From contig JAFQZU010000004.1 in NCBI GenBank assembly GCA_017405805.1, positions 6,379 through 70,378 on the forward strand: DNA of 64,000 nt. Reading direction: 5' to 3'. The stretch is from Lachnospiraceae bacterium (GTDB lineage: Bacteria > Bacillota > Clostridia > Lachnospirales > Lachnospiraceae). The position numbers and the translations under genes are program-made. Under the pieces are notes generated by a model. The model had not been told where the DNA came from. It saw only the letters and a list, made by a program, of their open reading frames with translations, and made no database searches. Each line of letters starts with the position of its first letter. Positions within the stretch are counted from its first letter, which is position 1. Shown here piece by piece: positions 53,620 through 63,361 of the stretch.

Positions 53620-55329
53620 ATGAACAGATATGCCAGATATAAAAAGGGGCCGACCTTTCGCTATCCGGAGCGCACCTGGCCCGACCGCAGCGTAGAGCGG
53701 GCGCCTGTGTGGGCCAGCGTCGATCTGCGGGACGGGAATCTCGCCCTGATCGATCCCATGAGCGATCAGGAAAAGCTGGAGATGTTCAGGCTTCTCACCG
53801 GCATGGGCATCCGGCAGATCGAGGTGGGGCACCCCGCCTCTTCCCGGACGGATTTCGGCTTTGTCCATAAACTGATCAAGGAGAAAAGGATCCCGGAAAA
53901 TGTGACGATCCAGGTCCTCTCCAAGTGCGACGACGAACAGATCGAAGTGACGATGCGGTCGCTCCGCGGATGCAGGAGGGCGATCGTACACATTTTTCAT
54001 CCGGTATCGGATCTGCACCGCGAGCTGTTTTACAGCGGGAACGAGAAGGCGATCATGCGCATAGCGGAGCGCGGCGCCATGCGGATCCGGGAGATGGCGG
54101 ACGCCTTCCCCGGGGAGATCACGCTGGAGTATTCGCCCGAGAACTTTACGCAGACCGACCCGGCCTTCGCCCTGTCCCTGTGCGAAAAGGTGATCTCGAT
54201 CTGGGAGCCGACGCCGGAAAAGCCCATGATCATCAACCTTCCCGCCACAATGGAGACGGAGCCGCCCAATGTATATGCGGACCGGATCGAGTGGATGCAC
54301 CGCCATCTTTCCCACCGGGACAGCATTATCCTGAGCGCGCACGTCCACAACGACAGGGGCGGGAGCGCAGCCGCCGCGGAGCTGGCTCTCCTGGCGGGGG
54401 CCCAGCGCATCGAGGGAACCCTCATGGGGAACGGCGAGCGGACCGGCAACACGGACCTCATCACGATGGCGTGCAACCTCATGGCGCAGGGGGTCGATCC
54501 CGGCCTGGACCTGCACGACGTCAGCGGGATCGTGGAAGTTTACGAGCGGTGTACCCGCATGCATGTGGACGAGCGGCATCCCTATGTGGGCAGACTGGTG
54601 TATACGGCCTTTTCACCCATGCACCAGGAGGCCATCAAGCGAGGGTTTGAGGCGACAAAAAAGGCCCGGGAGAACGGGGAGGAGGTCTGGAAGGTACCTT
54701 ACCTGCCGATCGATCCCGCAGAGACCGGCAGAGTTTACGAACCGGTGGTGGAGGCAGGATCGCAGAGAAGCAAGAGCAGCGCTGTCTCGCTCCTTGCGAG
54801 GCATTACGGCTTTAAGATCCCCGCGGGGATGCACCGCGAGTTTGCCGACTGCGTCCGGAAGACCGTGCAGGCAGGGGAGGGCGCAAAGCTTTCCCACGAG
54901 CAGGTCATGGACGTCTTCCGCCAGGAATACATGTACCGCAACGAGCCGCTTCATTTCAGAAAGCTGCAGGTCACGGAGCTGGGGGATGAATCCGCGAGCG
55001 GATATGACACCCGCGTGAAGCTGACCTTCACCAACGGCGGACAGACCCAGGTGATCACGGCAGAGGGAAACGGACCGCTGGACGCGGTCCAGAGAGGCCT
55101 TCTGGACATACTCGGGATCAGCGTCCGCATTCTCGACTACGAGGAGCACGCGCTTGGTTCGGGCTCGGATGCGCAGGCTGCGGCCTACATTCATCTGATC
55201 GACAACGGCACGGGAAAGATCACCTACGGTGCGGGCGTGAGCTCCAATATCACCCGCGCTTCCGTCCGGGCGGTCTTCTCGGCGATCAACCGGCTCAGGC
55301 CGGAGGGAGAACTCTCACAGAAACAGTGA
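53620..55329 (+). CDS. leuA: 2-isopropylmalate synthase-like protein (LeuA type 2, divergent)
   Basis: RTWP, DLRDGN, EYSPE.F, NLPAT, HNDRG, GNGERTGN, HPYVG, YLPIDP, regulatory domain GNGPLDA..YEEHA. Confidence 0.8.
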   Translation: MNRYARYKKGPTFRYPERTWPDRSVERAPVWASVDLRDGNLALIDPMSDQEKLEMFRLLTGMGIRQIEVGHPASSRTDFGFVHKLIKEKRIPENVTIQVLSKCDDEQIEVTMRSLRGCRRAIVHIFHPVSDLHRELFYSGNEKAIMRIAERGAMRIREMADAFPGEITLEYSPENFTQTDPAFALSLCEKVISIWEPTPEKPMIINLPATMETEPPNVYADRIEWMHRHLSHRDSIILSAHVHNDRGGSAAAAELALLAGAQRIEGTLMGNGERTGNTDLITMACNLMAQGVDPGLDLHDVSGIVEVYERCTRMHVDERHPYVGRLVYTAFSPMHQEAIKRGFEATKKARENGEEVWKVPYLPIDPAETGRVYEPVVEAGSQRSKSSAVSLLARHYGFKIPAGMHREFADCVRKTVQAGEGAKLSHEQVMDVFRQEYMYRNEPLHFRKLQVTELGDESASGYDTRVKLTFTNGGQTQVITAEGNGPLDAVQRGLLDILGISVRILDYEEHALGSGSDAQAAAYIHLIDNGTGKITYGAGVSSNITRASVRAVFSAINRLRPEGELSQKQ

Positions 55330-55353
55330 ACGTGAACAGGAGAAAACAGGGAA

Positions 55354-56787
55354 ATGGCAGATAAGAAGAAACTGGTTGCAGAGATCACCTCGATGGACGA
55401 GGACTTTACACAATGGTATACCGATGTCGTGATCAAGGCGGGACTCATCGCCTACTCCAACATCAAGGGATTTATGGTCTATAAGCCGGCGGGCTACGCG
55501 CTTTGGGAAGCGGTGCAGAAGCATCTGGACGCCCGCTTTAAAGCTGTGGGCGTGGAGAACGTCTACCTTCCCATGGTCATTCCGGAGCACCTCCTCAACA
55601 AGGAGAGCGATCTGGTAAACGGCTTCGCCCCCGAAGTCGCATGGGTGACCCACGGCGGACAGGAGGAGCTGCAGGAGAGGATCTGCGTGCGTCCCACCTC
55701 GGAGACCCTGTTCAGTGATTTCTATAAGGATGAAGTGCAGTCCTACAGGGACCTGCCCAAGATTTACAATCAGTGGTGCAGCGTCGTGCGCTGGGAGAAG
55801 GAGACGAGGCCTTTCCTTCGCTCCCGCGAGTTCATGTGGCAGGAGGGCCACACGGTCCACGCCACCATGGAGGAGGCCGAGGAGCGCACGGAGCAGATGC
55901 TGAATGTCTACGCGGACTTCTGCGCGGAGGATCTGGCGATCCCCACGATCAAGGGCCAGAAGACCGAGAAGGAAAAATTTGCCGGCGCCGTGGCGACCTA
56001 TACCATCGAGGCGCTGATGCACGACGGGCGCGCGCTGCAGTCCGGTACCAGCCACAATTTCGGCAGCGATTTCGCGCAGGCCTATGATATCCGCTTCACG
56101 GATAAGGACAATAAGCTCAAATACGCCTACCAGACTTCCTGGGGACTTTCCACTAGGATCATCGGCGCCCTGATCATGGTGCACGGCGACAATTCCGGCC
56201 TGGTGCTCCCGCCCAGGATCGCGCCGACACAGGTGATGATCATTCCGATCCAGCAGCGGAAGGCGGGCGTTCTGGACAAGGCCAGAGAGATCGCGCAGAT
56301 GCTGGGAGATTTCCGCGTGAAGGTGGACGAGACCGACAAGAGCCCCGGCTTCAAGTTCGCGGAGCAGGAGATGCGCGGCATTCCGGTGCGCGTCGAGATC
56401 GGCCCGAGGGATATCGAGGCCGGCACATGCGTGGTCGTGCGCAGGGATACGAGCGAGAAGATCAGCTGTGCCATTGCGGACCTGCCCGGAAAGATCGCGG
56501 CGCTCCTTCCGCAGATCCAGAAGGATATGTACGACAGGGCAGCAAAACATCTCGCCGAGCACACCTACAGCGCCGCCACGCCGGAGGAGTTCAAGGAGGC
56601 CTTTAAGGAGACCAAGGGCTTTGTCAAGGCCATGTGGTGCGGCAGCCGGGAGTGCGAGGAGAAGATCAAGGAGGATATGAGCGTGACCAGCCGCTGCATT
56701 CCTTTTGAGCAGGAGAAGCTGGCGGATACCTGCGTGTGCTGCGGCAGGCCGGCGACGAAGATGGTCTACTGGGGCAGAGCGTATTGA
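55354..56787 (+). CDS. proS: Proline--tRNA ligase (archaeal/eukaryote-like type)
   Basis: FTQWY, RPTSE, RWE..RPFLR.REF.WQEGHT, QSGTSH, SWGLSTR, C-terminal WGRAY; no INS domain. Confidence 0.95.
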   Translation: MADKKKLVAEITSMDEDFTQWYTDVVIKAGLIAYSNIKGFMVYKPAGYALWEAVQKHLDARFKAVGVENVYLPMVIPEHLLNKESDLVNGFAPEVAWVTHGGQEELQERICVRPTSETLFSDFYKDEVQSYRDLPKIYNQWCSVVRWEKETRPFLRSREFMWQEGHTVHATMEEAEERTEQMLNVYADFCAEDLAIPTIKGQKTEKEKFAGAVATYTIEALMHDGRALQSGTSHNFGSDFAQAYDIRFTDKDNKLKYAYQTSWGLSTRIIGALIMVHGDNSGLVLPPRIAPTQVMIIPIQQRKAGVLDKAREIAQMLGDFRVKVDETDKSPGFKFAEQEMRGIPVRVEIGPRDIEAGTCVVVRRDTSEKISCAIADLPGKIAALLPQIQKDMYDRAAKHLAEHTYSAATPEEFKEAFKETKGFVKAMWCGSRECEEKIKEDMSVTSRCIPFEQEKLADTCVCCGRPATKMVYWGRAY

Positions 56788-58154
56788 TGCTCACCATAGA
56801 CATGCCCGAAAAAGTGCGGGAGATCCTGCACACGCTTCGGGACGCGGGATACGAGGCCTACATAGTCGGCGGCTGCGTGCGCGATGCGCTCCTTGGACGC
56901 GAGCCCAATGACTGGGATATCACCACCTCGGCGCTGCCCATGCAGGTCAAGGCGCTGTTCCCGCACACGGTGGATACAGGTCTGCAGCACGGGACCGTGA
57001 CCGTGATCAAGGGCAAAGAGGGGTTTGAAGTGACCACTTACCGGGTGGACGGCGTCTACGAGGACGGCCGGCATCCGAAGGAGGTCACCTTTACGCCGGA
57101 CCTTGCGCAGGACCTGTGCAGAAGGGATTTCACCATCAACGCCATGGCCTATTCCGACAGCGCGGGACTGGTGGACCTGTTCGGCGGCAGAGAGGATATG
57201 GAGAATCGCCTCATCAGGGCAGTGGGCGAACCCGCCCGGCGCTTTGAGGAGGACGCGCTCCGGATCATGCGCGCTGTGCGTTTTGCCGCGCAGCTCGGAT
57301 ACAGCCTGGAGCCACGAACGATGCAGTCCGTAAAAGCGCTTGCGCCTACGCTCTCGCGGATCAGTCAGGAGCGGATCCGCGTGGAACTGGAAAAGACTAT
57401 TCTTTCCGACCGGCCGCAGATGTTCCGGCTCATGTACGAGACGGGCATCACCGCGCAGATCCTGCCGGAATTTGACCGGTGCATGGAGATGGACCAGCGG
57501 AATCCGCATCACTGCTACAACGTGGGAGACCATATCCTCGCCTCGATGGAAAACGTCCGCCCGGACAGGGTGCTCCGCCTTACCATGCTCCTTCACGACA
57601 TAGGCAAGCCGGACTGTCTGACGACGGACGAGCGCGGCGTAGATCATTTTTACGGACATGCGGAGCGGAGTATGGAGCTCGCCGGAGCCATTCTGCGGCG
57701 GCTCAAATACGACAACGCTGCCATCCGCAGCGTGACGACGCTCGTGCGGGATCACGACAGAGCAATCCGGCTCACGCCGGCCGGCGTGCGCAGGGCTGTC
57801 GTGCGGACGGGGGAGGATCTCTTCCCCTTGCTGCTGGAGGTCAAGCGCGCGGACATGGAGGCCAAGAGCGAATTCAGCAGGGAACAGAACCGGGCGCAGT
57901 ACGAGCGGCTGACAGAGATCTATGACGGAATCGTGCAAAGAGGAGACTGCCTGCGCCTGCAGGATCTGGCAGTCAAAGGCGCGGATCTCATGGAGGCCGG
58001 CGTGAAGCCGGGACCCGAAATGGGGGGGATCCTGCAGCAGATGCTGGAGGAAGTTCTGGCGGAACCGGACCACAACAACCGCGAGTATCTGCTCGGGAAT
58101 TTCTTGCGTAGAATCACGGACAGCAAGGACACACTTGTGTTGACAAACGGATAG
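56787..58154 (+). CDS. cca: CCA tRNA nucleotidyltransferase with HD domain
   Basis: VGGCVRD, DWDI, RRDFTINA, EDALRIMR, LHDIGKP; TGATG coupling to proS. Confidence 0.9.
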   Translation: MLTIDMPEKVREILHTLRDAGYEAYIVGGCVRDALLGREPNDWDITTSALPMQVKALFPHTVDTGLQHGTVTVIKGKEGFEVTTYRVDGVYEDGRHPKEVTFTPDLAQDLCRRDFTINAMAYSDSAGLVDLFGGREDMENRLIRAVGEPARRFEEDALRIMRAVRFAAQLGYSLEPRTMQSVKALAPTLSRISQERIRVELEKTILSDRPQMFRLMYETGITAQILPEFDRCMEMDQRNPHHCYNVGDHILASMENVRPDRVLRLTMLLHDIGKPDCLTTDERGVDHFYGHAERSMELAGAILRRLKYDNAAIRSVTTLVRDHDRAIRLTPAGVRRAVVRTGEDLFPLLLEVKRADMEAKSEFSREQNRAQYERLTEIYDGIVQRGDCLRLQDLAVKGADLMEAGVKPGPEMGGILQQMLEEVLAEPDHNNREYLLGNFLRRITDSKDTLVLTNG

Positions 58155-58168
58155 AAAACCATTATAAA
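58140..58168 (+). promoter_or_regulatory. Putative sigma-A promoter of hup
   Basis: TTGACA-N17-TATAAA. Confidence 0.65.
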
Positions 58169-58220
58169 AGAGAATAGGTATTATATAGGGGTTACCCATT
58201 ATTATCAGGAGGAACGATCG

Positions 58221-58493
58221 ATGAATAAAACAGAGCTGATTGCGGCGATTTCCACAAAGGCTGGTTTGACAAAGAAAGATGCAGAGAAGGTTCTCAAGGC
58301 ATTTACGGACACTGTGACCGAGGAACTTAAGAAGGGCGAAAAAGTGCAGATCGTGGGGTTCGGCACTTTTGAGGTCAGCGAGAGAGCAGCGAGAGACGGA
58401 AGAAATCCTTCTACCGGCGAGCCCATGAGCATCGCAGCTTCCAAGGCACCCCGCTTTAAAGCCGGCAAGGCTCTGAAGGATGCCATCAACTGA
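58221..58493 (+). CDS. hup: DNA-binding protein HU
   Basis: MNKTELI, VGFGTF, GRNPSTGE, FKAGKALK. Confidence 0.97.
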   Translation: MNKTELIAAISTKAGLTKKDAEKVLKAFTDTVTEELKKGEKVQIVGFGTFEVSERAARDGRNPSTGEPMSIAASKAPRFKAGKALKDAIN

Positions 58494-58510
58494 TACATTA
58501 CGTCTATATG

Positions 58511-58540
58511 GCAGCCCGGACGAGGTCCGGGCTGTTTTAT
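58511..58540 (+). terminator. Intrinsic terminator after hup
   Basis: GCAGCCCGGAC-GAG-GTCCGGGCTGT-TTTAT. Confidence 0.8.
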
Positions 58541-58567
58541 ATTCCGGGGAATGGAGAGTACAATACT

Positions 58568-58807
58568 ATGCGATTAGACAAGTGGCTCAAGGTCTCGAGA
58601 CTCATCAAGCGCAGGACGGTTGCCAATGAGGCCTGTGACAGCGGCCGCGTGACCATCAACGGCAAACAGGCCCGCGCCTCGGCTGAAGTGAAGCCGGGTG
58701 ATGTGATCGGGATCATGTTCGGAAACAGAGAGACAAAGGCGGAGGTCCTGGTCGTGGAGGAAAATGTCCGCAAGGAGGCCGCGGGCGAGATGTACAGACT
58801 CGTGTGA
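58568..58807 (+). CDS. S4 RNA-binding protein (YabO/RqcP/Hsp15-like)
   Basis: MRLDKWLKVSRLIKRRTVANEAC. Confidence 0.9.
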   Translation: MRLDKWLKVSRLIKRRTVANEACDSGRVTINGKQARASAEVKPGDVIGIMFGNRETKAEVLVVEENVRKEAAGEMYRLV

Positions 58808-58868
58808 GAGCGGAATCTTTACGGGGCGTGCCTTGACGGCATCCGAAAAAACAGATATCATGAAAATG

Positions 58869-58896
58869 CGTAATGATTGTGTAAGAAAACTGTAAC
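58869..58896 (+). promoter_or_regulatory. Triple OmpR/WalR-like direct repeat
   Basis: CGTAAT-N5-TGTAAG-N5-TGTAAC abutting the divIC RBS. Confidence 0.5.
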
Positions 58897-58911
58897 GGAG
58901 GTGTCAGGTAC

Positions 58912-59223
58912 ATGGCAGTAAAGACCCGGAGCCGGCGAAGACAGCAGAACGGGATCAATCTGATCCTCTCCGTCCTGGTCGTCCTCATTCTGCTTGCAGT
59001 GATCGGCGTGAGCGGTTTTTCCCTCTACAGAAAGCTCCAGGCCGGCGAAGCCCGCAAAGTGGAGCTGCAGGAGGAGATCGCGGCGGAAGAGCGGCGGGCA
59101 GAGGAAATCGAGGAATACCGCGAGTACACACAGAGCGACGAGTTCGTGCGGGAGATCGCGCGGCAGAAGCTGGGCCTTGTGTACGAGGGAGAAGTGGTAT
59201 TCAAGGAGGAAGGGTCACAATAA
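58912..59223 (+). CDS. divIC: Septum formation initiator DivIC/FtsB
   Basis: Basic N-terminus, TM, coiled coil, EIARQKLGLV..GEVVF. Confidence 0.88.
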   Translation: MAVKTRSRRRQQNGINLILSVLVVLILLAVIGVSGFSLYRKLQAGEARKVELQEEIAAEERRAEEIEEYREYTQSDEFVREIARQKLGLVYEGEVVFKEEGSQ

Positions 59224-59293
59224 CAGGAACAGGATCGGCACCCGGTCCCGCAGGAGACTGCGGGACTGTTTTTGATTTAGAGGAGGCAGGCTG

Positions 59294-60772
59294 ATGGATC
59301 CGGATCGAGTCCTTGGAAGCGTTCGCGCAGATCCCCTTTACGGACGTGTGCACCGCACAGTGAGAGAATTCGGCATGACGGAGCAGGGCGGCGCCGTACT
59401 GGCAGCGCTGTCCGGGGGCGCGGATTCCGTGTGCATGCTGCTGATTCTTGCAGCGATGCGGGAGGAGGAGGGCTTCCGCCTCCGCGCGCTGCATGTGCAC
59501 CACGGGCTGCGGGAGAGCGCGGAGGAAGACCTTTCCTACTCGGAATGGCTCTGCGGCCGGCTGGACATTCCTTTTGCCTTCGTGCGCGAGGATGTTCTCT
59601 CGATCGCCGGAAGGCGCGGCACCGGGATCGAGGAGACGGCCAGAGAGGTCCGCTATGAGGCGCTGGAGCGCTGCGCGCAGGAATGGGATCCCGCCTGCAG
59701 GATCGCCGTGGCCCACCACCTGGAAGACCAGGCGGAGACGGTCCTTTTCCATCTGGTAAGGGGGAGCAGCCTGCGCGGCCTCGGCGGGATTCGTCCGGTC
59801 AGCGGGAGGATCATCCGGCCCCTTCTGTTTGAGGAGAGGGCGCAGATCGAGAGCTGCCTGCGATCGGCCGGGACGGCCTGGAGGACAGACGAGACCAACG
59901 CGGATACCCGCTACGCGAGAAACCTGCTGCGGGAGGAGATCCTGCCCCTTCTGGAGCGGGTAAACAGCGGCGCGCGCAGGCATATCGCCCGCGCGGCCGT
60001 GGAGGCGGCGGAGACGGAGGACTATCTGCAGAAGGTCACGGCAGAGGCCTGCAGACGCTGCACGGTAAGCACCAAAGCAGGGCCCGCGCTGTCTCTGGAG
60101 GCGCTGGGCCGGGAGGAGGCCCTCGTGCAAAAAAGGATCCTCTACCGCGCGCTCGCCGATAAAGCGGGCGGCGAGAAGGACATCCAGGCGGTGCACGTGG
60201 AGACGCTGCGCGGCCTTCTTGCAAAGGGCGGCGAAGCCCGTCTGGACCTGCCCGGCGGCGTCCGTGCGGTGCGCAGCGGCGGGATGCTCCGCCTTATGGC
60301 CGGCCGCGAGTGCGAAGAGGCAGTCAGAGAGGCGGCACAGGGGTGGCCGGAGGATGCGTCCGGGTACTGCGTGGAGGTCTTTTCTTTTGACGGGGACATG
60401 GGCAGGGTGCCCCGAAACAAGTATACGAAATGGTTTGATTATGATAAAATAGCAACATTCCCTGTATTTCGAACGCGCAAAAGCGGCGACAGGATCACCG
60501 TGACGGACGGGGGGCGCTCCAAGACGCTTGCCCGCTGGATGATCGACGAGAAGATCCCGAGGATGGTCCGCGACAGGATCTGTTTTCCCGCGGCAGAAGC
60601 GGAAGTCATGTGGATCCCGGGCTGCCGGATCAGCGCCGCCTTCAAGGTGGAGCCGCAGACCAGGCGCATCCTGCAGATCACCTGGAGCGGGAACGGGGAT
60701 GCCGGGAAGCCGGACACGGTGAAGGAACAAGACAGGCAGACGGGCCGGATGACGAAGCAGGAAGGGCAATAA
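59294..60772 (+). CDS. tilS: tRNA(Ile)-lysidine synthetase
   Basis: SGGADS, HVHHGLR, AREVRY, AHHLEDQAET, IRPLL. Confidence 0.95.
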   Translation: MDPDRVLGSVRADPLYGRVHRTVREFGMTEQGGAVLAALSGGADSVCMLLILAAMREEEGFRLRALHVHHGLRESAEEDLSYSEWLCGRLDIPFAFVREDVLSIAGRRGTGIEETAREVRYEALERCAQEWDPACRIAVAHHLEDQAETVLFHLVRGSSLRGLGGIRPVSGRIIRPLLFEERAQIESCLRSAGTAWRTDETNADTRYARNLLREEILPLLERVNSGARRHIARAAVEAAETEDYLQKVTAEACRRCTVSTKAGPALSLEALGREEALVQKRILYRALADKAGGEKDIQAVHVETLRGLLAKGGEARLDLPGGVRAVRSGGMLRLMAGRECEEAVREAAQGWPEDASGYCVEVFSFDGDMGRVPRNKYTKWFDYDKIATFPVFRTRKSGDRITVTDGGRSKTLARWMIDEKIPRMVRDRICFPAAEAEVMWIPGCRISAAFKVEPQTRRILQITWSGNGDAGKPDTVKEQDRQTGRMTKQEGQ

Positions 60773-60773
60773 C

Positions 60774-61298
60774 ATGGCAGAAATCATCAATGAACTGATC
60801 TCGGAGAAAGAAATTGACAGGAAGGTGAGAGAGCTGGGAAGGCAGATCTCCATGGACTATGCGGGCAAGGAAGTGGTCCTGATCGGGATCCTCAAGGGCG
60901 CCTGCTTTTTTATGTGCGACCTGGCAAAGAGGATCGAGGTGCCGGTGTGCATCGATTTCATGTCCGTGAGCAGCTACGGAAAATCCACGGAATCCAGCGG
61001 CATCGTCCGCATCATCAAGGATGTCGACGATCCGGTCGAGGGCAAGCACGTGATCATCGTGGAGGACATCGTGGATTCCGGCAGGACCCTGCACAATCTC
61101 ACGGAGCTCTTCAAGGAGCGGAATGCGGCCAGTATCCGCACCTGCACGCTCCTGGACAAGCCGGACAGGCGGGTGGTCGATCTCAAGGTGGACTATACCG
61201 GATTTGTTATTCCGGACAGATTCGTGGTCGGGTACGGAATGGACTATGACCAGAGATACAGAACGCTCCCCTACATCGGTCACGTCTCTTTTACTTGA
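60774..61298 (+). CDS. hpt: Hypoxanthine phosphoribosyltransferase
   Basis: ILKGA, VEDIVDSGRT, FVVGYGMD. Confidence 0.96.
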   Translation: MAEIINELISEKEIDRKVRELGRQISMDYAGKEVVLIGILKGACFFMCDLAKRIEVPVCIDFMSVSSYGKSTESSGIVRIIKDVDDPVEGKHVIIVEDIVDSGRTLHNLTELFKERNAASIRTCTLLDKPDRRVVDLKVDYTGFVIPDRFVVGYGMDYDQRYRTLPYIGHVSFT

Positions 61299-61333
61299 TT
61301 TAGAGGGATATTTTCAGACGGAGGTAGGCAAAG

Positions 61334-63184
61334 TTGGACAGATCAAATATGCCGGGAAGGCCGAATAATATGATCATGCCGCTGGCGCTGGTGCTGCTGG
61401 TGGTGTTTCTCATCATGCCGATGCTGCGCAGCGCGTTCGCGTCTGACGTACAGGCCTACACGCTCGAGAACTATCAGGAAGATCTGGAGGCCGGGCGTGT
61501 GACGGAAGTCAGCATCACGCCCAACGGCGGCAACGAGACCGGTTATGCCGTGATCCTGCTGGAGGACGGCACAAGGCATGTCCTCTACGCCACGCGGATC
61601 GCGGAGGTGGAGGATATGGCGAGGGAAAAAGGGCTGCGGCCGGGCGTGAGCGACATCCCGTCCGAGAGCAGCTTCATGACCAGCGTCCTGCCCATGCTGC
61701 TCACGCTGGCAGTCTGTATGTTTTTCTTTTATATGATGACATCGCAGGGCGCCGGCGGATCCAATGCCCGCATGATGAATTTCGGCAAAAGCAAAGCGCG
61801 GCTGAGCAAGGATACCAAAGTGACGCTCCGCGATGTGGCCGGGCTTGACGAGGAGAAAGAGGATCTGGAAGAGGTCATCGATTTCCTCAGGGATCCGGGC
61901 AAATACACGAGAGTCGGGGCGAGGATCCCCAAGGGCGTTCTTCTGGAGGGCGCGCCCGGCACCGGCAAAACACTGCTCGCCAAAGCGGTTGCCGGCGAGG
62001 CAGGCGTCCCCTTCTACAGCATCTCCGGATCGGATTTCGTGGAGATGTTCGTCGGCGTCGGCGCTTCCCGCGTCCGTGACATGTTCGAGGAAGCCAAGAA
62101 GAATGCGCCCTGCATCGTCTTCATCGATGAGATCGACGCGGTCGCGCGCCGCAGGGGAACCGGCCTCGGCGGATCCCACGACGAGAGGGAGCAGACCCTG
62201 AACCAGCTTTTGGTGGAGATGGATGGTTTTGGCGTGAACGAGGGGATCATTGTGATGGCGGCCACCAACCGCGTGGACGTGCTGGATCCCGCGATCCTGC
62301 GCCCGGGCCGTTTTGACAGGAAGATCTCCGTGGCGAGACCGGATATGCGGGGCAGGGAGGCCATCCTGAAGGTGCACGCCTCCGGAAAGCCGCTCAGCGA
62401 GGACGTGGATCTGCGGGAAGTCGCCAGGACCACGGCCGGCTTCACCGGCGCGGATCTGGAGAATCTCCTCAATGAGGCGGCCATCGGGGCCGCGAGGCAG
62501 AACCGTCCCTATGTGACGCAGGCGGATATCCGGGATGCCTTCGTGAAGGTGGGCATCGGCAAGGAGAAGAGAAGCCATCTGATCTCGGACAAGGAGAAGA
62601 GGATCACCGCCTTCCATGAGACGGGGCACGCCATCCTGTTCCACGAGCTGCCCGAGCTCGGAAAGGTCTATACGATCTCCGTCATTCCCACGGGAACGGG
62701 CGCCGGCGGCTACACCATGCAGATCCCGGAGAACGACGAGATGTACATGACCCGCGGCAGGATGCTGCAGCAGATCATGGCCAGCCTGGGCGGCCGGATC
62801 GCCGAGGAGCTGGTGCTGGACGACATCACGACGGGCGCCTCCGCCGATATCCGGCAGGCGACGGGGATCGCGAGGCACATGGTCATGCGGTACGGCATGT
62901 CGGAGAACATCGGCACCATCAACTACGAGCAGGAGACCGACGACGTCTTCCTCGGCTATGACCTGGGCCATGAAAACAAGCGGAGCGAGTACATCGCCGG
63001 CGAGATCGACAAGGAAGTCAGGCGGATCATCGACGACTGCTACGGGAAGGCAAGGGAGATCATCCTGGCCAATAAAGACATCCTTTACCGCACGGCGGAA
63101 CTTCTCATGGAGAAGGAAAAACTCACCGGAGAGGAGTTCGACGCCCTCTTTAAAGAGAGAAAGCCCGAACCGGAACCTGTCTAA
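61334..63184 (+). CDS. ftsH: ATP-dependent zinc metalloprotease FtsH
   Basis: 2 [29 protein letters not shown]; start uncertain. Confidence 0.97.
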   Translation: MDRSNMPGRPNNMIMPLALVLLVVFLIMPMLRSAFASDVQAYTLENYQEDLEAGRVTEVSITPNGGNETGYAVILLEDGTRHVLYATRIAEVEDMAREKGLRPGVSDIPSESSFMTSVLPMLLTLAVCMFFFYMMTSQGAGGSNARMMNFGKSKARLSKDTKVTLRDVAGLDEEKEDLEEVIDFLRDPGKYTRVGARIPKGVLLEGAPGTGKTLLAKAVAGEAGVPFYSISGSDFVEMFVGVGASRVRDMFEEAKKNAPCIVFIDEIDAVARRRGTGLGGSHDEREQTLNQLLVEMDGFGVNEGIIVMAATNRVDVLDPAILRPGRFDRKISVARPDMRGREAILKVHASGKPLSEDVDLREVARTTAGFTGADLENLLNEAAIGAARQNRPYVTQADIRDAFVKVGIGKEKRSHLISDKEKRITAFHETGHAILFHELPELGKVYTISVIPTGTGAGGYTMQIPENDEMYMTRGRMLQQIMASLGGRIAEELVLDDITTGASADIRQATGIARHMVMRYGMSENIGTINYEQETDDVFLGYDLGHENKRSEYIAGEIDKEVRRIIDDCYGKAREIILANKDILYRTAELLMEKEKLTGEEFDALFKERKPEPEPV

Positions 63185-63271
63185 AATATACAAAAATGGC
63201 AACGCAAATTTGTCAATTTTGTGAAATTGACGTATTTACCGCCGGGGCGGAAAAGTGTAATATAATGACAT

Positions 63272-63361
63272 AACCCCCCAATACATTTACGTTATACTAT
63301 ACCCCATTAGAAGAATACCTTCTCGGAAAAAGACAGTTCTCCCCAAGTGCTGTCTTTTTTT
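63272..63361 (+). ncRNA. Putative C-rich small RNA
   Basis: TATAAT at 63261-63266; about 90 nt with no ORF; ends in terminator AAAAGACAG...CTGTCTTTTTT. Confidence 0.5.

Noticed and set aside
55354-56787. Archaeal/eukaryote-type ProRS as a novelty
   Set aside because: This type is well known in many Clostridia and other bacteria
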